Shown one piece after another: positions 37,053 through 46,753 of a DNA stretch of 64,000 nt (its first letter is position 1; each line of letters begins with the position of its first letter). The notes below the pieces were generated by a model. It was not told where the DNA came from, searched no databases, and saw nothing but the letters and a program-made list of their open reading frames with translations. The stretch lies in contig JAHJTV010000055.1 of assembly GCA_018829445.1 (NCBI GenBank), positions 123,269 to 187,268 on the forward strand. Reading direction: 5' to 3'. The translations under genes were made by a program, and so were the position numbers. This DNA comes from a bacterium. Lineage in GTDB: Bacteria; SAR324; XYD2-FULL-50-16.

Positions 37053-38252
37053 ATGAAACTCAATATTCAAACCGATCTACTTCATATCTCTATTTTTCTT
37101 GCAATCTTTTGTCTTATGATCTCACTTCTTCAGGGATGTTCCTCAAAAACAACTCTCATTCAGTCTGATAATATTCCACCCACAGTGATCCATGTTGACC
37201 CCGGAGATGGAAACTTGAATGTAAGTCTAAACAATAGGATAACAATCGTTTTTAGTGAGGCGATGGATATCACTTCAATCAATACAGGTAGTAAGACGAA
37301 AATATGTGATGGGACTGTTCAGGTTTCATCCGATGGTTTTCAATCTTGCCTGCCTTTGTTTGACCCTCTTCCCGACAAAGAAGACAAAAGTTTCAAGATC
37401 ATTCCCATATCAAAATTTGATGGATCCACGGAGCAGGAGAAGAAAACCTATCGGTTAAGAGTCACAACAGGAGTAAAAAACAGAGCAGGAAGTAAACTGA
37501 GGGAACAGTATAATATGCAGATCGGTTTTACCGTCATAGTCGCAATGGAATATGAAGGTTTGGTTCTTATCCCCGATGGCAAGTTCCAAATGGGGGATAA
37601 TTTTGGTGATGATGATGAGCAACCCGTTCACACCGTCACTCTCAAGAGTTTTTATATGTCAGACCATGAGGTTACTGTAACCGAATATAAAACCTTCATT
37701 GAAGAGGTTTTATTTCCGGTCAATTCAGGAGCTAACCATACATTTAATAAACCGGGGCTGGAGAATTATCCCATCAATTATGTTTCCTGGAGAGATGCGC
37801 AGGCGTATATTAGCTGGTTAAATACCAAAACCGTACCTTTTTTCCGTCTGTGCTCAGAAGCGGAATGGGAGTACGCTGTTAGGGCCGGTCTGGATACCAG
37901 GTATTCCTGTGGAAACGAAAAAAACTGCCTTAATTCAACAGCATGGTATAATTCCAATAATGAGCCTTACGGTCCCAAATCAACCAAAAGCAAAACGGCT
38001 AATAATTGGGGATTGTTTGATATGCACGGAAATCTGTGGGAGTGGGTCCAGGATAATTATCATCCTTCATATGAAAATGCCCCGGACAATGGAGATCCTT
38101 GGGAAAATGGTGATTTGCCGATTCGAGTGATCCGAGGTGGTAATTATTACATGTCCTCTTACAGTTTGAGATCCGCTAATCGTAACTTCTATATTGAAAC
38201 GGCCAGCGGGCCCAGTATAGGTTTCAGGTTGTGTGCGGACAACCGACGATAG
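37053..38252 (+). CDS. Lipoprotein with an Ig-like N-terminal domain and a formylglycine-generating enzyme (SUMF1/FGE) family domain
   Basis: Lipobox LLQGCSS. FGE-type motifs YPINYVSWRDAQAY, WGLFDMHGNLWEWVQD, RVIRGGNY, GFRL. I prefer the ATG at 37053 to the TTG at 37044. Confidence 0.8.
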   Translation: MKLNIQTDLLHISIFLAIFCLMISLLQGCSSKTTLIQSDNIPPTVIHVDPGDGNLNVSLNNRITIVFSEAMDITSINTGSKTKICDGTVQVSSDGFQSCLPLFDPLPDKEDKSFKIIPISKFDGSTEQEKKTYRLRVTTGVKNRAGSKLREQYNMQIGFTVIVAMEYEGLVLIPDGKFQMGDNFGDDDEQPVHTVTLKSFYMSDHEVTVTEYKTFIEEVLFPVNSGANHTFNKPGLENYPINYVSWRDAQAYISWLNTKTVPFFRLCSEAEWEYAVRAGLDTRYSCGNEKNCLNSTAWYNSNNEPYGPKSTKSKTANNWGLFDMHGNLWEWVQDNYHPSYENAPDNGDPWENGDLPIRVIRGGNYYMSSYSLRSANRNFYIETASGPSIGFRLCADNRR

Positions 38253-38357
38253 CCCTATCTGAACACAACAATGGGGAAATACAATTGCCTTTTCCCACTC
38301 TTCTAACCTTAGAAACTCTGTCCCACTATTCCGATGTGTCGTCAGCCCTGGAGGCAG

Positions 38358-39026
38358 TTAAACTGGATTCACCAAAGAGTTACTGATCGAGCTGTTTTCC
38401 CGTTTTTCCGGCAACTGACTACATGTCCAGTCCAAACTTTCTTTAATGATTCTGTTTACACTTATATTTTTCAGAACGGTTGCACAATGCCCCAGTGAGC
38501 AATAAACCACCTTTCCCAGGAAATATTTATTAGACCATACGACTGGGCTTATAATATCGGTAAAATTGGTTTCATAGTGGATCTCTGCTTCATTATTAAT
38601 CTCATGTATCAATTGGGCATCCTGGATAACAAATCGTTTGGGTGACGAAAAAATCTGATATCGGGCTGATCGGGGCTCAACGGAAAACGGTTTTACAGCT
38701 TCTTTTGAAATTGACCTGCCACCGATGATGTCACGATATACCGGGTGTTTTTCAAAACAGGATGAGGCATGATGCAGAGCCAAAAGCCCCCCTCCCTTTG
38801 TGATAAACATCTCAAGTGATTTCAGAGCTGACTTGGAGATACGGGATTGCTGCAGAAATAGAATAACCGATGAATAGCGTCCGGGGGTTAAGAGGCAAAG
38901 ATCCTCCACATCAGTGGTAAAGTGGTAGGTGTAGTCGGGAAGCTCGAACAGAAGGGAGGAAAGATAAAGGCGTGCTTTGATGGTCGGATGAATGAGCCCT
39001 GCTGATATGACTAGGACATGTTTCAT
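38358..39026 (-). CDS. ThuA-like domain protein
   Basis: 222 aa with KGGGLLALHHAS, GGRS and a C-terminal VVYCSLGH pattern, as in ThuA/class I glutamine amidotransferase-like proteins. Confidence 0.6.
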   Translation of the reverse strand: MKHVLVISAGLIHPTIKARLYLSSLLFELPDYTYHFTTDVEDLCLLTPGRYSSVILFLQQSRISKSALKSLEMFITKGGGLLALHHASSCFEKHPVYRDIIGGRSISKEAVKPFSVEPRSARYQIFSSPKRFVIQDAQLIHEINNEAEIHYETNFTDIISPVVWSNKYFLGKVVYCSLGHCATVLKNISVNRIIKESLDWTCSQLPEKRENSSISNSLVNPV

Positions 39027-39064
39027 ACCGTCGGTTCCTCTTTTTAAAGGCTAAAAACTCAGTT

Positions 39065-40501
39065 TTAGATTGTTAGGGGGAGGGAAATAATAAAGCGGGT
39101 GCCTTTTCCCAAACCCTCACTTTTAACGGCAATCTTGCCATTCATCTCTTTCATGTATTTCAGGCTACTATGTAATCCAAAGCCATGGCCATCTTCTTTT
39201 GTTGTAAAACCATGACTGAAGATTTTGGGTAGGTCTTCGGTCTTAATTCCACATCCATTGTCACTCACAATTAAATCAACCCGATCCTCTTTCAGCTCTG
39301 TCTTAATGATAAGTTTTCGTTTCGAAGCTGTGGAATCAGACATGGCATCCTTCGCATTTCGAAGCAGATTAATCAAAATATGCAGGAATTTTTGTTTGTG
39401 TAGGTGGAGTAATGGAATATCGCTAAAATCTTTGACGATTGATATTTCGTTTGCTGCAATCAGTTTTTCCTGCATATTCAGGGCATCTTCAATGATCCTG
39501 TGAAGATTATGGGGTTCTGCTTCCAATTGTGTTCTGCCGTATACCTGTTGGAGGTTGATGATGGATTCAATCGCAAACACTTTTTCTGAAATCAGCTGTA
39601 GTTCCTGTTCTATGGTATCTGACTCCTTGTCAAGAATCTCTTCAATATTAAGATAATAATCCATTAACATCTTTCCTTTTGGATTGTTGCAGATAAACTC
39701 CTCAATTGAATCAATGTTATCACGAAGCAACTGGTTGGCTTTCTTGAAAGCTGCCGTAGATTTGCTTTTTATAAATTTATCCATGGCCAGTACAGAGGAT
39801 GTTTTAACACTGTTCAGCAGGTTTTTCACATTATGAAGCGTACCCGAAGTGACATCTGCGAGTTCACTCTTGTATTCCTGCTGCAATATTTCTTCCTGGG
39901 CATGTTCAAGTCTTTGTGCTTTCTCTTCGAATTTAAATGATAATACCTGATTCAATTGTTGGATCTTGTCTTCCTTTTTTTTCAGGGCTTTATTGCTTTT
40001 TTCCAAAGCCTTTCTTGTTTGAAACAGATCGATGTGGGTTTTTACCCTGATCAGCAATTCATTTGGATTGAAAGGCTTGGTCAAATAATCAAAAGCCCCA
40101 AGTTCAAATCCTTTTACAAGGTCTTCGGTTTCCGTTTTTGCGGTTAAAAACATGATGGGGATATTTTGAGTTTCCCGATTACTTTTTATTCTTTTGCAGA
40201 CTTCAAAACCATCCATTTTCGGCATTAAAACGTCCAGAAGAATCAGTTCGGGAAGATCTGATTTTAAGAAATCCAAAGCTTGAAATCCATTTATAGCTGC
40301 AATCGGTTCATAGTTATTTTGAGCCAATAGAGTTCCAAGATATTGAAGATTTTCCGTATTATCATCTACAATCAGGATTAATGGTTTGGAGTTACCGGTT
40401 GCATAATTCCTTGTGAGAAAGTTTTCAACTGTTGCAGATGAATCATTTGAAAGAGTTTGGTGAGATTGATAATCATTGGATTTTTTTATCGTCGGCATCA
40501 T
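39065..40501 (-). CDS. Response-regulator receiver domain fused to a histidine kinase (REC-HisKA-HATPase)
   Basis: REC region ILIVDDNTENL...LLDVLMPKMDGFEV...FLTAK, H-box-like SGTLHNVKNLLNS, and ATPase motifs NLLRNAKDA, DNGCGI, GHGFGLH. No TM segments. Confidence 0.85.
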   Translation of the reverse strand: MMPTIKKSNDYQSHQTLSNDSSATVENFLTRNYATGNSKPLILIVDDNTENLQYLGTLLAQNNYEPIAAINGFQALDFLKSDLPELILLDVLMPKMDGFEVCKRIKSNRETQNIPIMFLTAKTETEDLVKGFELGAFDYLTKPFNPNELLIRVKTHIDLFQTRKALEKSNKALKKKEDKIQQLNQVLSFKFEEKAQRLEHAQEEILQQEYKSELADVTSGTLHNVKNLLNSVKTSSVLAMDKFIKSKSTAAFKKANQLLRDNIDSIEEFICNNPKGKMLMDYYLNIEEILDKESDTIEQELQLISEKVFAIESIINLQQVYGRTQLEAEPHNLHRIIEDALNMQEKLIAANEISIVKDFSDIPLLHLHKQKFLHILINLLRNAKDAMSDSTASKRKLIIKTELKEDRVDLIVSDNGCGIKTEDLPKIFSHGFTTKEDGHGFGLHSSLKYMKEMNGKIAVKSEGLGKGTRFIISLPLTI

Positions 40502-40858
40502 TCAATTCTGCATCTATAAATTAACGGAATATCTTGGAATGAATGTTTGGCTATGAACCGTTTGGTTACAATCTCTCCTTGTTCATTAACCAGGAGAGAC
40601 TTGTGCCAATCTCTTATCAGGTTGTTTTTTTTTGGGTTAATCAGCAAGTTACAGACCTTTTTGTTGGAAAATCATTGTATCGCACAAAACACCCAAATAT
40701 CAATATTAATATATGCCGCTAAAAGGATGCTAAAGATCCGATAATTCGAACGAGTTAGGTACATGGGTCGTTCTTTCACGTTGTTTTGGGAATCCCGAAG
40801 ACCGATTTTGGAATCGAAACGAAACTCGACAATTTTGGTTCATAACGATTGCTGTTTA

Positions 40859-42112
40859 CTACAATTTTGTATAAACCACATCACCTCTTTTAATTACCGT
40901 TTCCACCGAATTCACTCCCATATGGTAGGGGATAAAAAGATACGAAGGGTGTTCGAGTATAACAACGTCTCCCTGTTTGCCGACATCCAAACTGCCGATG
41001 GAGCTCTGTCTTGAGAGAGCTGCGGCGCCATTAATTGTAAAAGCCGTAATCACCTCCTCGATGGAAAGTCCCATATATAGTGTTGCTAATGCCATTATTA
41101 AGGGTATTGATTCGGTAAAACAACTTCCGGGATTTAAGTCAGTGGCCAAAGCAACTGCACATCCCCTGTCAATCATATAGCGACCGCGTGCATAGGGCTC
41201 TTTTAATCCGAAAGCGGTTCCGGGAAGCAGCGTGGCAATTACGCCCTCTTTTGCCATCTTGTGAATACCCTCGTCAGAGGCCTGAAGAAGATGATCCGCA
41301 GATACTGCTTGAAGCTCGGCTGCCAGTTCCGCGCCGCCCAAATGGACAATCTCGTCGGCATGAAATTTTACTCCCAAACCGAGTTGTTTGGCTTTTGTCA
41401 GTAGCCGCCTGGATTGTTCTATTGAGAAAACATTCTGCTCGCAGAAAATATCGCAGAATTCAGCCAGTTTATTGTTCACCACCAATGGCAACACCTTATC
41501 GATAATGAACTCGATATAATTATCTGCAGAATCTTTAAATTCGGGAGGAATTGCATGTGCTCCCAAGAATGTGGGCACAATATCCATGACATGATTCTGA
41601 TTGAGGGTTCGCATCACTTCCAGTTGTTTGATCTCTGTTTCCAGATCCAGTCCGTAACCGCTTTTCCCTTCTACCGTGGTAACGCCGAAAGTAAGCATTG
41701 AATCCAACCTTTGTTTGCCTGTTTTCAACAATTCCTCTTTAGGAGTTTCACGGGTTGCCTTCACGGTACTGTTAATACCACCACCCCGATTCATGATATC
41801 CATGTAACTGTCTCCCCGGAGCCTCCAGGAAAACTCCTCTGCCCGATACCCGCTAAAAACAAAATGCGTATGAGAATCAACAAACCCGGGCAAGACAGAT
41901 TTATTTTCAGCATCAATGATGGTGAATTGTTCAAGTGCTGAAGGGGTTGGCAGATTCTTCTGGCTACCAGCATAAGTGATAATTCCTTTTTCTATTACCA
42001 ACGCCCCGTTCTTGATGATAAACAATTCAGACATCGCTTCACCCGATTTTGCCGTATGCCCGCTACAAGTGACCAGCTCCACCGCATTTTTGATTATGAT
42101 ATTTCCATTCAT
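40859..42112 (-). CDS. hutI: Imidazolonepropionase
   Basis: Amidohydrolase motifs FVDSHTHFVF, KFHADE and the ATDLNPGS region. ATG at 42112 (MNGNIIIKN) preferred to the TTG at 42133. Confidence 0.9.
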   Translation of the reverse strand: MNGNIIIKNAVELVTCSGHTAKSGEAMSELFIIKNGALVIEKGIITYAGSQKNLPTPSALEQFTIIDAENKSVLPGFVDSHTHFVFSGYRAEEFSWRLRGDSYMDIMNRGGGINSTVKATRETPKEELLKTGKQRLDSMLTFGVTTVEGKSGYGLDLETEIKQLEVMRTLNQNHVMDIVPTFLGAHAIPPEFKDSADNYIEFIIDKVLPLVVNNKLAEFCDIFCEQNVFSIEQSRRLLTKAKQLGLGVKFHADEIVHLGGAELAAELQAVSADHLLQASDEGIHKMAKEGVIATLLPGTAFGLKEPYARGRYMIDRGCAVALATDLNPGSCFTESIPLIMALATLYMGLSIEEVITAFTINGAAALSRQSSIGSLDVGKQGDVVILEHPSYLFIPYHMGVNSVETVIKRGDVVYTKL

Positions 42113-42206
42113 GATTAATAATCTAATATGCAATTGATTTCAGCAGTCTTAATTCAAGTTTTGGCTCAAGAATTGACAAGAGAAATCTAGTGTTTATCAA
42201 TTAATG

Positions 42207-44243
42207 TCAGTCCTTCGAGGATAATCCTTCCAAGACGTCGATGATCAAATCTCCATCGGGAATAAAGGGTAAAGTGATATGATCGGTATTAGGGCTCAAA
42301 CGATTATACTCTACGGCCGTCTCAATCGAATTTGTATTTCGTGCCCAGGCCCGTCTGGCAACACCACCCATGACATCCCAGGGAATGGCATTTTGGATAA
42401 TTTCATCAATACGATCACTGCCATCGAGCACCAAGCCGAATCCTCCATTAATGGCATTGCCGATACCAGTGCCTCCCCCATTATGCAATGCAACCAGACT
42501 CATTCCTCTGGCGATATTACCCGCGAAACACTGGGTCGCCATATCGGCCATGATATTGCTACCGTCTTTGATATTGGCGGTTTCCCGAAAAGGGGAATCA
42601 GTACCACCGGTGTCATGATGATCTCTTCCCAACATTACCGGACCGATTTCACCTTTTCGAACCAGTTCATTGAATGCCAGGGCGATTTTCATCCGTCCCA
42701 TGGCGTCTTGGTATAAAATTCTGGCCTGAGTGCCAACAACAAGTTTATTCTTGGCTGCATCCCTGATCCAGTTATAGTTGTCTCTGTCTTGAAATCTGCG
42801 ATTGGGATCAATGCAGTCCATGGCGGTTTTATCCGTTTTCAGCAAGTCGGATTCTTTTCCGCTAAGGCAAACCCAGCGAAAGGGACCATATCCGTAGTCA
42901 AAAAGCAGGGGCCCCATAATATCCTCAACATAGGATGGAAAAATGAACCCGTCCAGGGAATCGATTCCATTTTTACAGATTTGAGGAACACCTGCTTCAA
43001 AAACAGCATTCAAAAAACTGTTTCCATAATCAAAAAAATAAGCTCCATTTTCAACCAGATGCTGAATCGCCTCAAAATGACGTTTTAAGGAGATATCCAC
43101 CAGTTTCCTGAATTTGATATTGTCCGATTTGATCAGAGCAGTCCTCTCTTCAAAAGTTAATCCCTGGGGGCAATATCCTCCGTCATAGACAGCATGGCAG
43201 GAGGTCTGGTCAGACAGCAGGTGAATCAGTATCCGGTTCTCAACAGCGTACTCCAACAGATCAACAATATTACCGTGATAAGCGATGGCAATTCCTTTCC
43301 TGGACTGTAAGTACTCGGAGGCAATATCAAAGGCGTCCTTGGGAGTGGATACGGCAGCATTCACCCAGCCCTGATTTAAACGAGTCTCAACCCTTGAGTA
43401 ATCGACCTCGGCAATGATACCGACACCGTTGATGATTTCGACGGATTTTCCTTGTGCTCCGCTCATGCCACCAAGCCCGGAGGAGACGAACAGGTGGCCA
43501 CTCATATCACCCTCATTCGGAATTCCCAGTTTAACCCGGGCTGCATTCAGAATAGTACTATATGTACCATGAACAATTCCCTGTGGGCCTATATACATCC
43601 AGCCCCCGGCTGTCATCTGCCCGTAGTTGGCTACACCCAAGGCGACTGCACGATGCCAGTTTTCCTGGTCATCAAAATGTCCCACCATCAAAGCATTGGT
43701 AATAATCACCCTGGGAGCTGTTGGCTGGGATTTAAATACCCCCAGTGGATGACCGGATTGAACAACCAGGGTTTGATTGTCGGTCAACTCCTGCAAATAT
43801 CTCTTGAGTAAATGGTATTGCATCCAGTTCTGACAGACCTGACCTGTCTCTCCATATGTTACTAATTCATATGGGTACAAGGCGGTTTCAAAATCCAGAT
43901 TGTTATCTATCATCACCTGAAAGGCTTTTCCTTCAATACAGTTTCCCTGGTACTCATCAATGGGTTTTCCATAAATTCTGCCTTGCGGTCTGAAACGATA
44001 TGCGTAGATGCGACCCGTCTGTATCAATTCCTGTGCAAATTCGGGGGCTAACTCCGAATGCCATTCTTCGGGAACATAGCGCAGTGCGTTTTTCAGAGCG
44101 AGTTTCAATTCACTATCTGAAAGGGTCAACTGGCGTTTTGGAGCTCTACGGATGTCTTTTTCAAACCCTGGATAATCCGGCAATTTTTTGAAAATCTTAC
44201 CGAGATGAATCTGCATCGCCTCCGCAATTTTCTGATTATTCAT
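42207..44243 (-). CDS. hutU: Urocanate hydratase (long form)
   Basis: 678 aa with GLGGMSGAQ, GTYSTILNA and GRDHHDTGGTDSPFRET motifs typical of urocanase. Confidence 0.92.
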   Translation of the reverse strand: MNNQKIAEAMQIHLGKIFKKLPDYPGFEKDIRRAPKRQLTLSDSELKLALKNALRYVPEEWHSELAPEFAQELIQTGRIYAYRFRPQGRIYGKPIDEYQGNCIEGKAFQVMIDNNLDFETALYPYELVTYGETGQVCQNWMQYHLLKRYLQELTDNQTLVVQSGHPLGVFKSQPTAPRVIITNALMVGHFDDQENWHRAVALGVANYGQMTAGGWMYIGPQGIVHGTYSTILNAARVKLGIPNEGDMSGHLFVSSGLGGMSGAQGKSVEIINGVGIIAEVDYSRVETRLNQGWVNAAVSTPKDAFDIASEYLQSRKGIAIAYHGNIVDLLEYAVENRILIHLLSDQTSCHAVYDGGYCPQGLTFEERTALIKSDNIKFRKLVDISLKRHFEAIQHLVENGAYFFDYGNSFLNAVFEAGVPQICKNGIDSLDGFIFPSYVEDIMGPLLFDYGYGPFRWVCLSGKESDLLKTDKTAMDCIDPNRRFQDRDNYNWIRDAAKNKLVVGTQARILYQDAMGRMKIALAFNELVRKGEIGPVMLGRDHHDTGGTDSPFRETANIKDGSNIMADMATQCFAGNIARGMSLVALHNGGGTGIGNAINGGFGLVLDGSDRIDEIIQNAIPWDVMGGVARRAWARNTNSIETAVEYNRLSPNTDHITLPFIPDGDLIIDVLEGLSSKD

Positions 44244-44279
44244 GAGTTATCCTGGTTAAGGGGATTTTGTATCTTTTTA

Positions 44280-44289
44280 TGTATATACA
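44280..44289. promoter_or_regulatory. HutC-type operator candidate 1
   Basis: Perfect palindrome TGTATATACA (GT-n-TA-n-AC core typical of HutC-subfamily GntR sites), 37 nt upstream of the hutU start. Confidence 0.5.
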
Positions 44290-44363
44290 ATTGAGTTAAA
44301 CCTGATGCTGGATACGTTATATTTTCTGTAATTTAAGTTTTATAACATACCTGCTTTACAAAA

Positions 44364-44373
44364 TGTATATACA
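44364..44373. promoter_or_regulatory. HutC-type operator candidate 2
   Basis: A second identical TGTATATACA, with the same flank (ATGTATATACAA) in both copies, in the hutU/hutC divergent intergenic region. Confidence 0.5.
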
Positions 44374-44549
44374 ACTTATATGCTATCTGTCAATCAAGCT
44401 TATTCACTCGAACGAGCAAAATTACGGAAATAATATTGCACGATCATTAAAACAGCAGGGCGCTCTTGCTAGGTCACCGGACTAACTCTATAAACATGGA
44501 ATCGGAATCAGTGTAACCTAACAACAATTAACCGGATTAAAATCAATTC

Positions 44550-45350
44550 ATGAATAGAACAAGACGTAAGCCTGACCTTATCGATCCCCTTACAGTGTTG
44601 CCGGGCAACCTGCAAGAAAAACCACCCTGGCCGCTATATCAGCAGGTTAAACACCTGATTGTCCGCCGGATCAATTCCGGTCATTGGAGTGCGGGTAATA
44701 AAATTCCTTCGGAGAATGAACTGGTTGAATCCCTTGGTATTTCGAGGATGACAATCAATCGTGCTTTGAGAGAGTTGACGGCAGAAGGGATTTTGATTCG
44801 CAAGAAAGGGGCAGGGAGTTTTGTAGCTCCTGAAAAACCTCAATTCGCTCTTTTTCAAATCAGGAGTATCGCTGAGGAAATAAAAGAGTGGGGAGGGAAT
44901 CATGAAAGTGAAGTGATACTGCTTAAGCGGGAACCTATCTCCAAGGACTTACATATCGGGATGCAGGTGAAAATGGGAACAGAAATCTATCATTCCCTCA
45001 TTTTGCATAAGAACAATGGTGTACCGATTCAGTTGGCAGATCGATTTGTTAATCCGGAGACTGCACCTGACTATATTCATCAGGATTTTTCTAAAATAAC
45101 ACCCAGCGAGTACTTGTTGACTGTGGCTCCCATTGATGAAGTTGAACATGTTATCGAGACACTGCTCCCGGATGAGCAGATGATCAGACTTCTGAAGATT
45201 GCGCAAGATGACCCCTGTCTTATCCTCAACCGAACAACTTGGATAAATGGTAAAATAGCATCTCAGAACCGATTTGTTTACCCGGGATCTCGATACAGCC
45301 TTGGAGGCAGGTTTAAGGCTTCTTCATCAACGGGTCAATTAACTGTGTAG
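44550..45350 (+). CDS. hutC: Histidine utilisation repressor (GntR family, HutC subfamily)
   Basis: Winged-helix region PSENELVESLGISRMTINRALRELTAEG plus a UTRA-type C-terminal domain. Genomic context supports the call. Confidence 0.85.
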   Translation: MNRTRRKPDLIDPLTVLPGNLQEKPPWPLYQQVKHLIVRRINSGHWSAGNKIPSENELVESLGISRMTINRALRELTAEGILIRKKGAGSFVAPEKPQFALFQIRSIAEEIKEWGGNHESEVILLKREPISKDLHIGMQVKMGTEIYHSLILHKNNGVPIQLADRFVNPETAPDYIHQDFSKITPSEYLLTVAPIDEVEHVIETLLPDEQMIRLLKIAQDDPCLILNRTTWINGKIASQNRFVYPGSRYSLGGRFKASSSTGQLTV

Positions 45351-45372
45351 TCCATTACTTCAAGAAGGTAAA

Positions 45373-46332
45373 ATGAATCAAGATCAACTGTTTTCTTTGA
45401 CCACAAGGCCAAACCCGGATCTGTTTTTCAGATCAAAGGACCCCAATGATTATCGGTTGGGGGCTGTGGCTGAACATAAAATAGAGTCTTATCAGAAATC
45501 CAGGTTTGTTATTGTAAGCTGTTCACAAGATGAGGGAATCAACCGAAACTCCGGCCGGATTGGAGCAGCTAAGGGACCCGCTGCAATCAGACAGGCGTTT
45601 TATAAACTGGCAGCACCGGAAAAGATGGAAACAGGAGATCTGTTCGACCTGGGAGATACTGCTTTTGATGATTCATTGGAGAAAATTCATCAGAGACACT
45701 ACCAAATAGTAGAAAGCCTGCTTCGGGATGGGAAAAAGATCATTGTCCTGGGGGGAGGAAATGATCTTTCATACCCTGACTGTAAAGCCCATCAGCAAGT
45801 GTTTCCAAAAACAGCGGCTGTAAACATCGATGCCCATCTGGATATTCGAAAAAACCTGTTGGCTAATAGCGGAACACCTTACCGGCAGTTGATCGATGAA
45901 AACATTATTGAACCGCATCGTTTTTATGAAATTGGAATTCAGAAACATGCCAACTCCAAGGTTTATCTGAATCATGCCCACAGGATCGGGATTAATATCA
46001 TCACACTGGATGACATTCAGCAGGCGTTTATTAATAATGACATCGATACCCGGCTAAACCAGTTGAGATCGGAATCCCTATTTATCGGGCTTGATATGGA
46101 TTCCATCCGGGCTTCCGATGCGCCGGGAGTAAGCGCTCCTTCTCCCATCGGTTTGAGCGGGGAACAGGCAGTTTTTTTATTGCGCTATCTTATCGGGAAA
46201 AACAGGGTTAATCTGCTGGAAATAACCGAGATGAATCCCATTTATGATTTGGATTCCAGAACAGCCAAATTGGCTGCGATTCTTGCTCTCACGTATCTGG
46301 ACAACAGTGTTTCGGAAATCATTTGCCCGTAA
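45373..46332 (+). CDS. hutG: Formimidoylglutamase (arginase fold)
   Basis: Mn-ligand motifs GGGNDLSYP, DAHLD and GLDMDSI. Context supports the call. Confidence 0.8.
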   Translation: MNQDQLFSLTTRPNPDLFFRSKDPNDYRLGAVAEHKIESYQKSRFVIVSCSQDEGINRNSGRIGAAKGPAAIRQAFYKLAAPEKMETGDLFDLGDTAFDDSLEKIHQRHYQIVESLLRDGKKIIVLGGGNDLSYPDCKAHQQVFPKTAAVNIDAHLDIRKNLLANSGTPYRQLIDENIIEPHRFYEIGIQKHANSKVYLNHAHRIGINIITLDDIQQAFINNDIDTRLNQLRSESLFIGLDMDSIRASDAPGVSAPSPIGLSGEQAVFLLRYLIGKNRVNLLEITEMNPIYDLDSRTAKLAAILALTYLDNSVSEIICP

Positions 46333-46651
46333 TTGCATCAGCAAAATAATCACCAACAGAGTATGGGAGCTTCTCAAAGGGAATATTTATTACCTGATTA
46401 GTGCGGTTAACTCAAATCTCCAACAGCTTCACAGAGTTAACGGTAGGGTGGGGTTGTATTCCATAAGTGCTTACTTAAGCAAATATTACCAAGAGCAAGG
46501 ATTACGGCAGGGTGGGGTTACATCCCCTCCAGAACCAACTCAAAGGCGGCCATGTAAGGCTGCCCTACCGTTCTGAAAACATGAATTTTGCCCAAAGCGC
46601 TTTTTAGTAAGTGCTTATGAGACTTGATCCGACATCCTTCACTTTAAAAAA

Positions 46652-46681
46652 ATTGTCATTCCGTAAGCACGGAATGACAAT
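46652..46681 (-). terminator. Perfect 13-bp hairpin followed (on the minus strand) by T7; orphan terminator-like element
   Basis: ATTGTCATTCCGT-aagc-ACGGAATGACAAT, with the A7 run 46646-52 overlapping the first stem base on the plus strand. There is no minus-strand gene to its right. Confidence 0.4.
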
Positions 46682-46753
46682 ATGTCAGATTTCTAAGGCC
46701 TTTAATTCCAATAAATTAGACAAGGACTCAAAACTGTTTAGATACGGAACAAT

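Noticed and set aside
46244-46576. The 110-codon plus-strand ORF spanning the hutG 3' end and the structured spacer.
   Set aside because: It is out of frame with hutG, and its translation merely reflects the G-rich repeats. There is no RBS.
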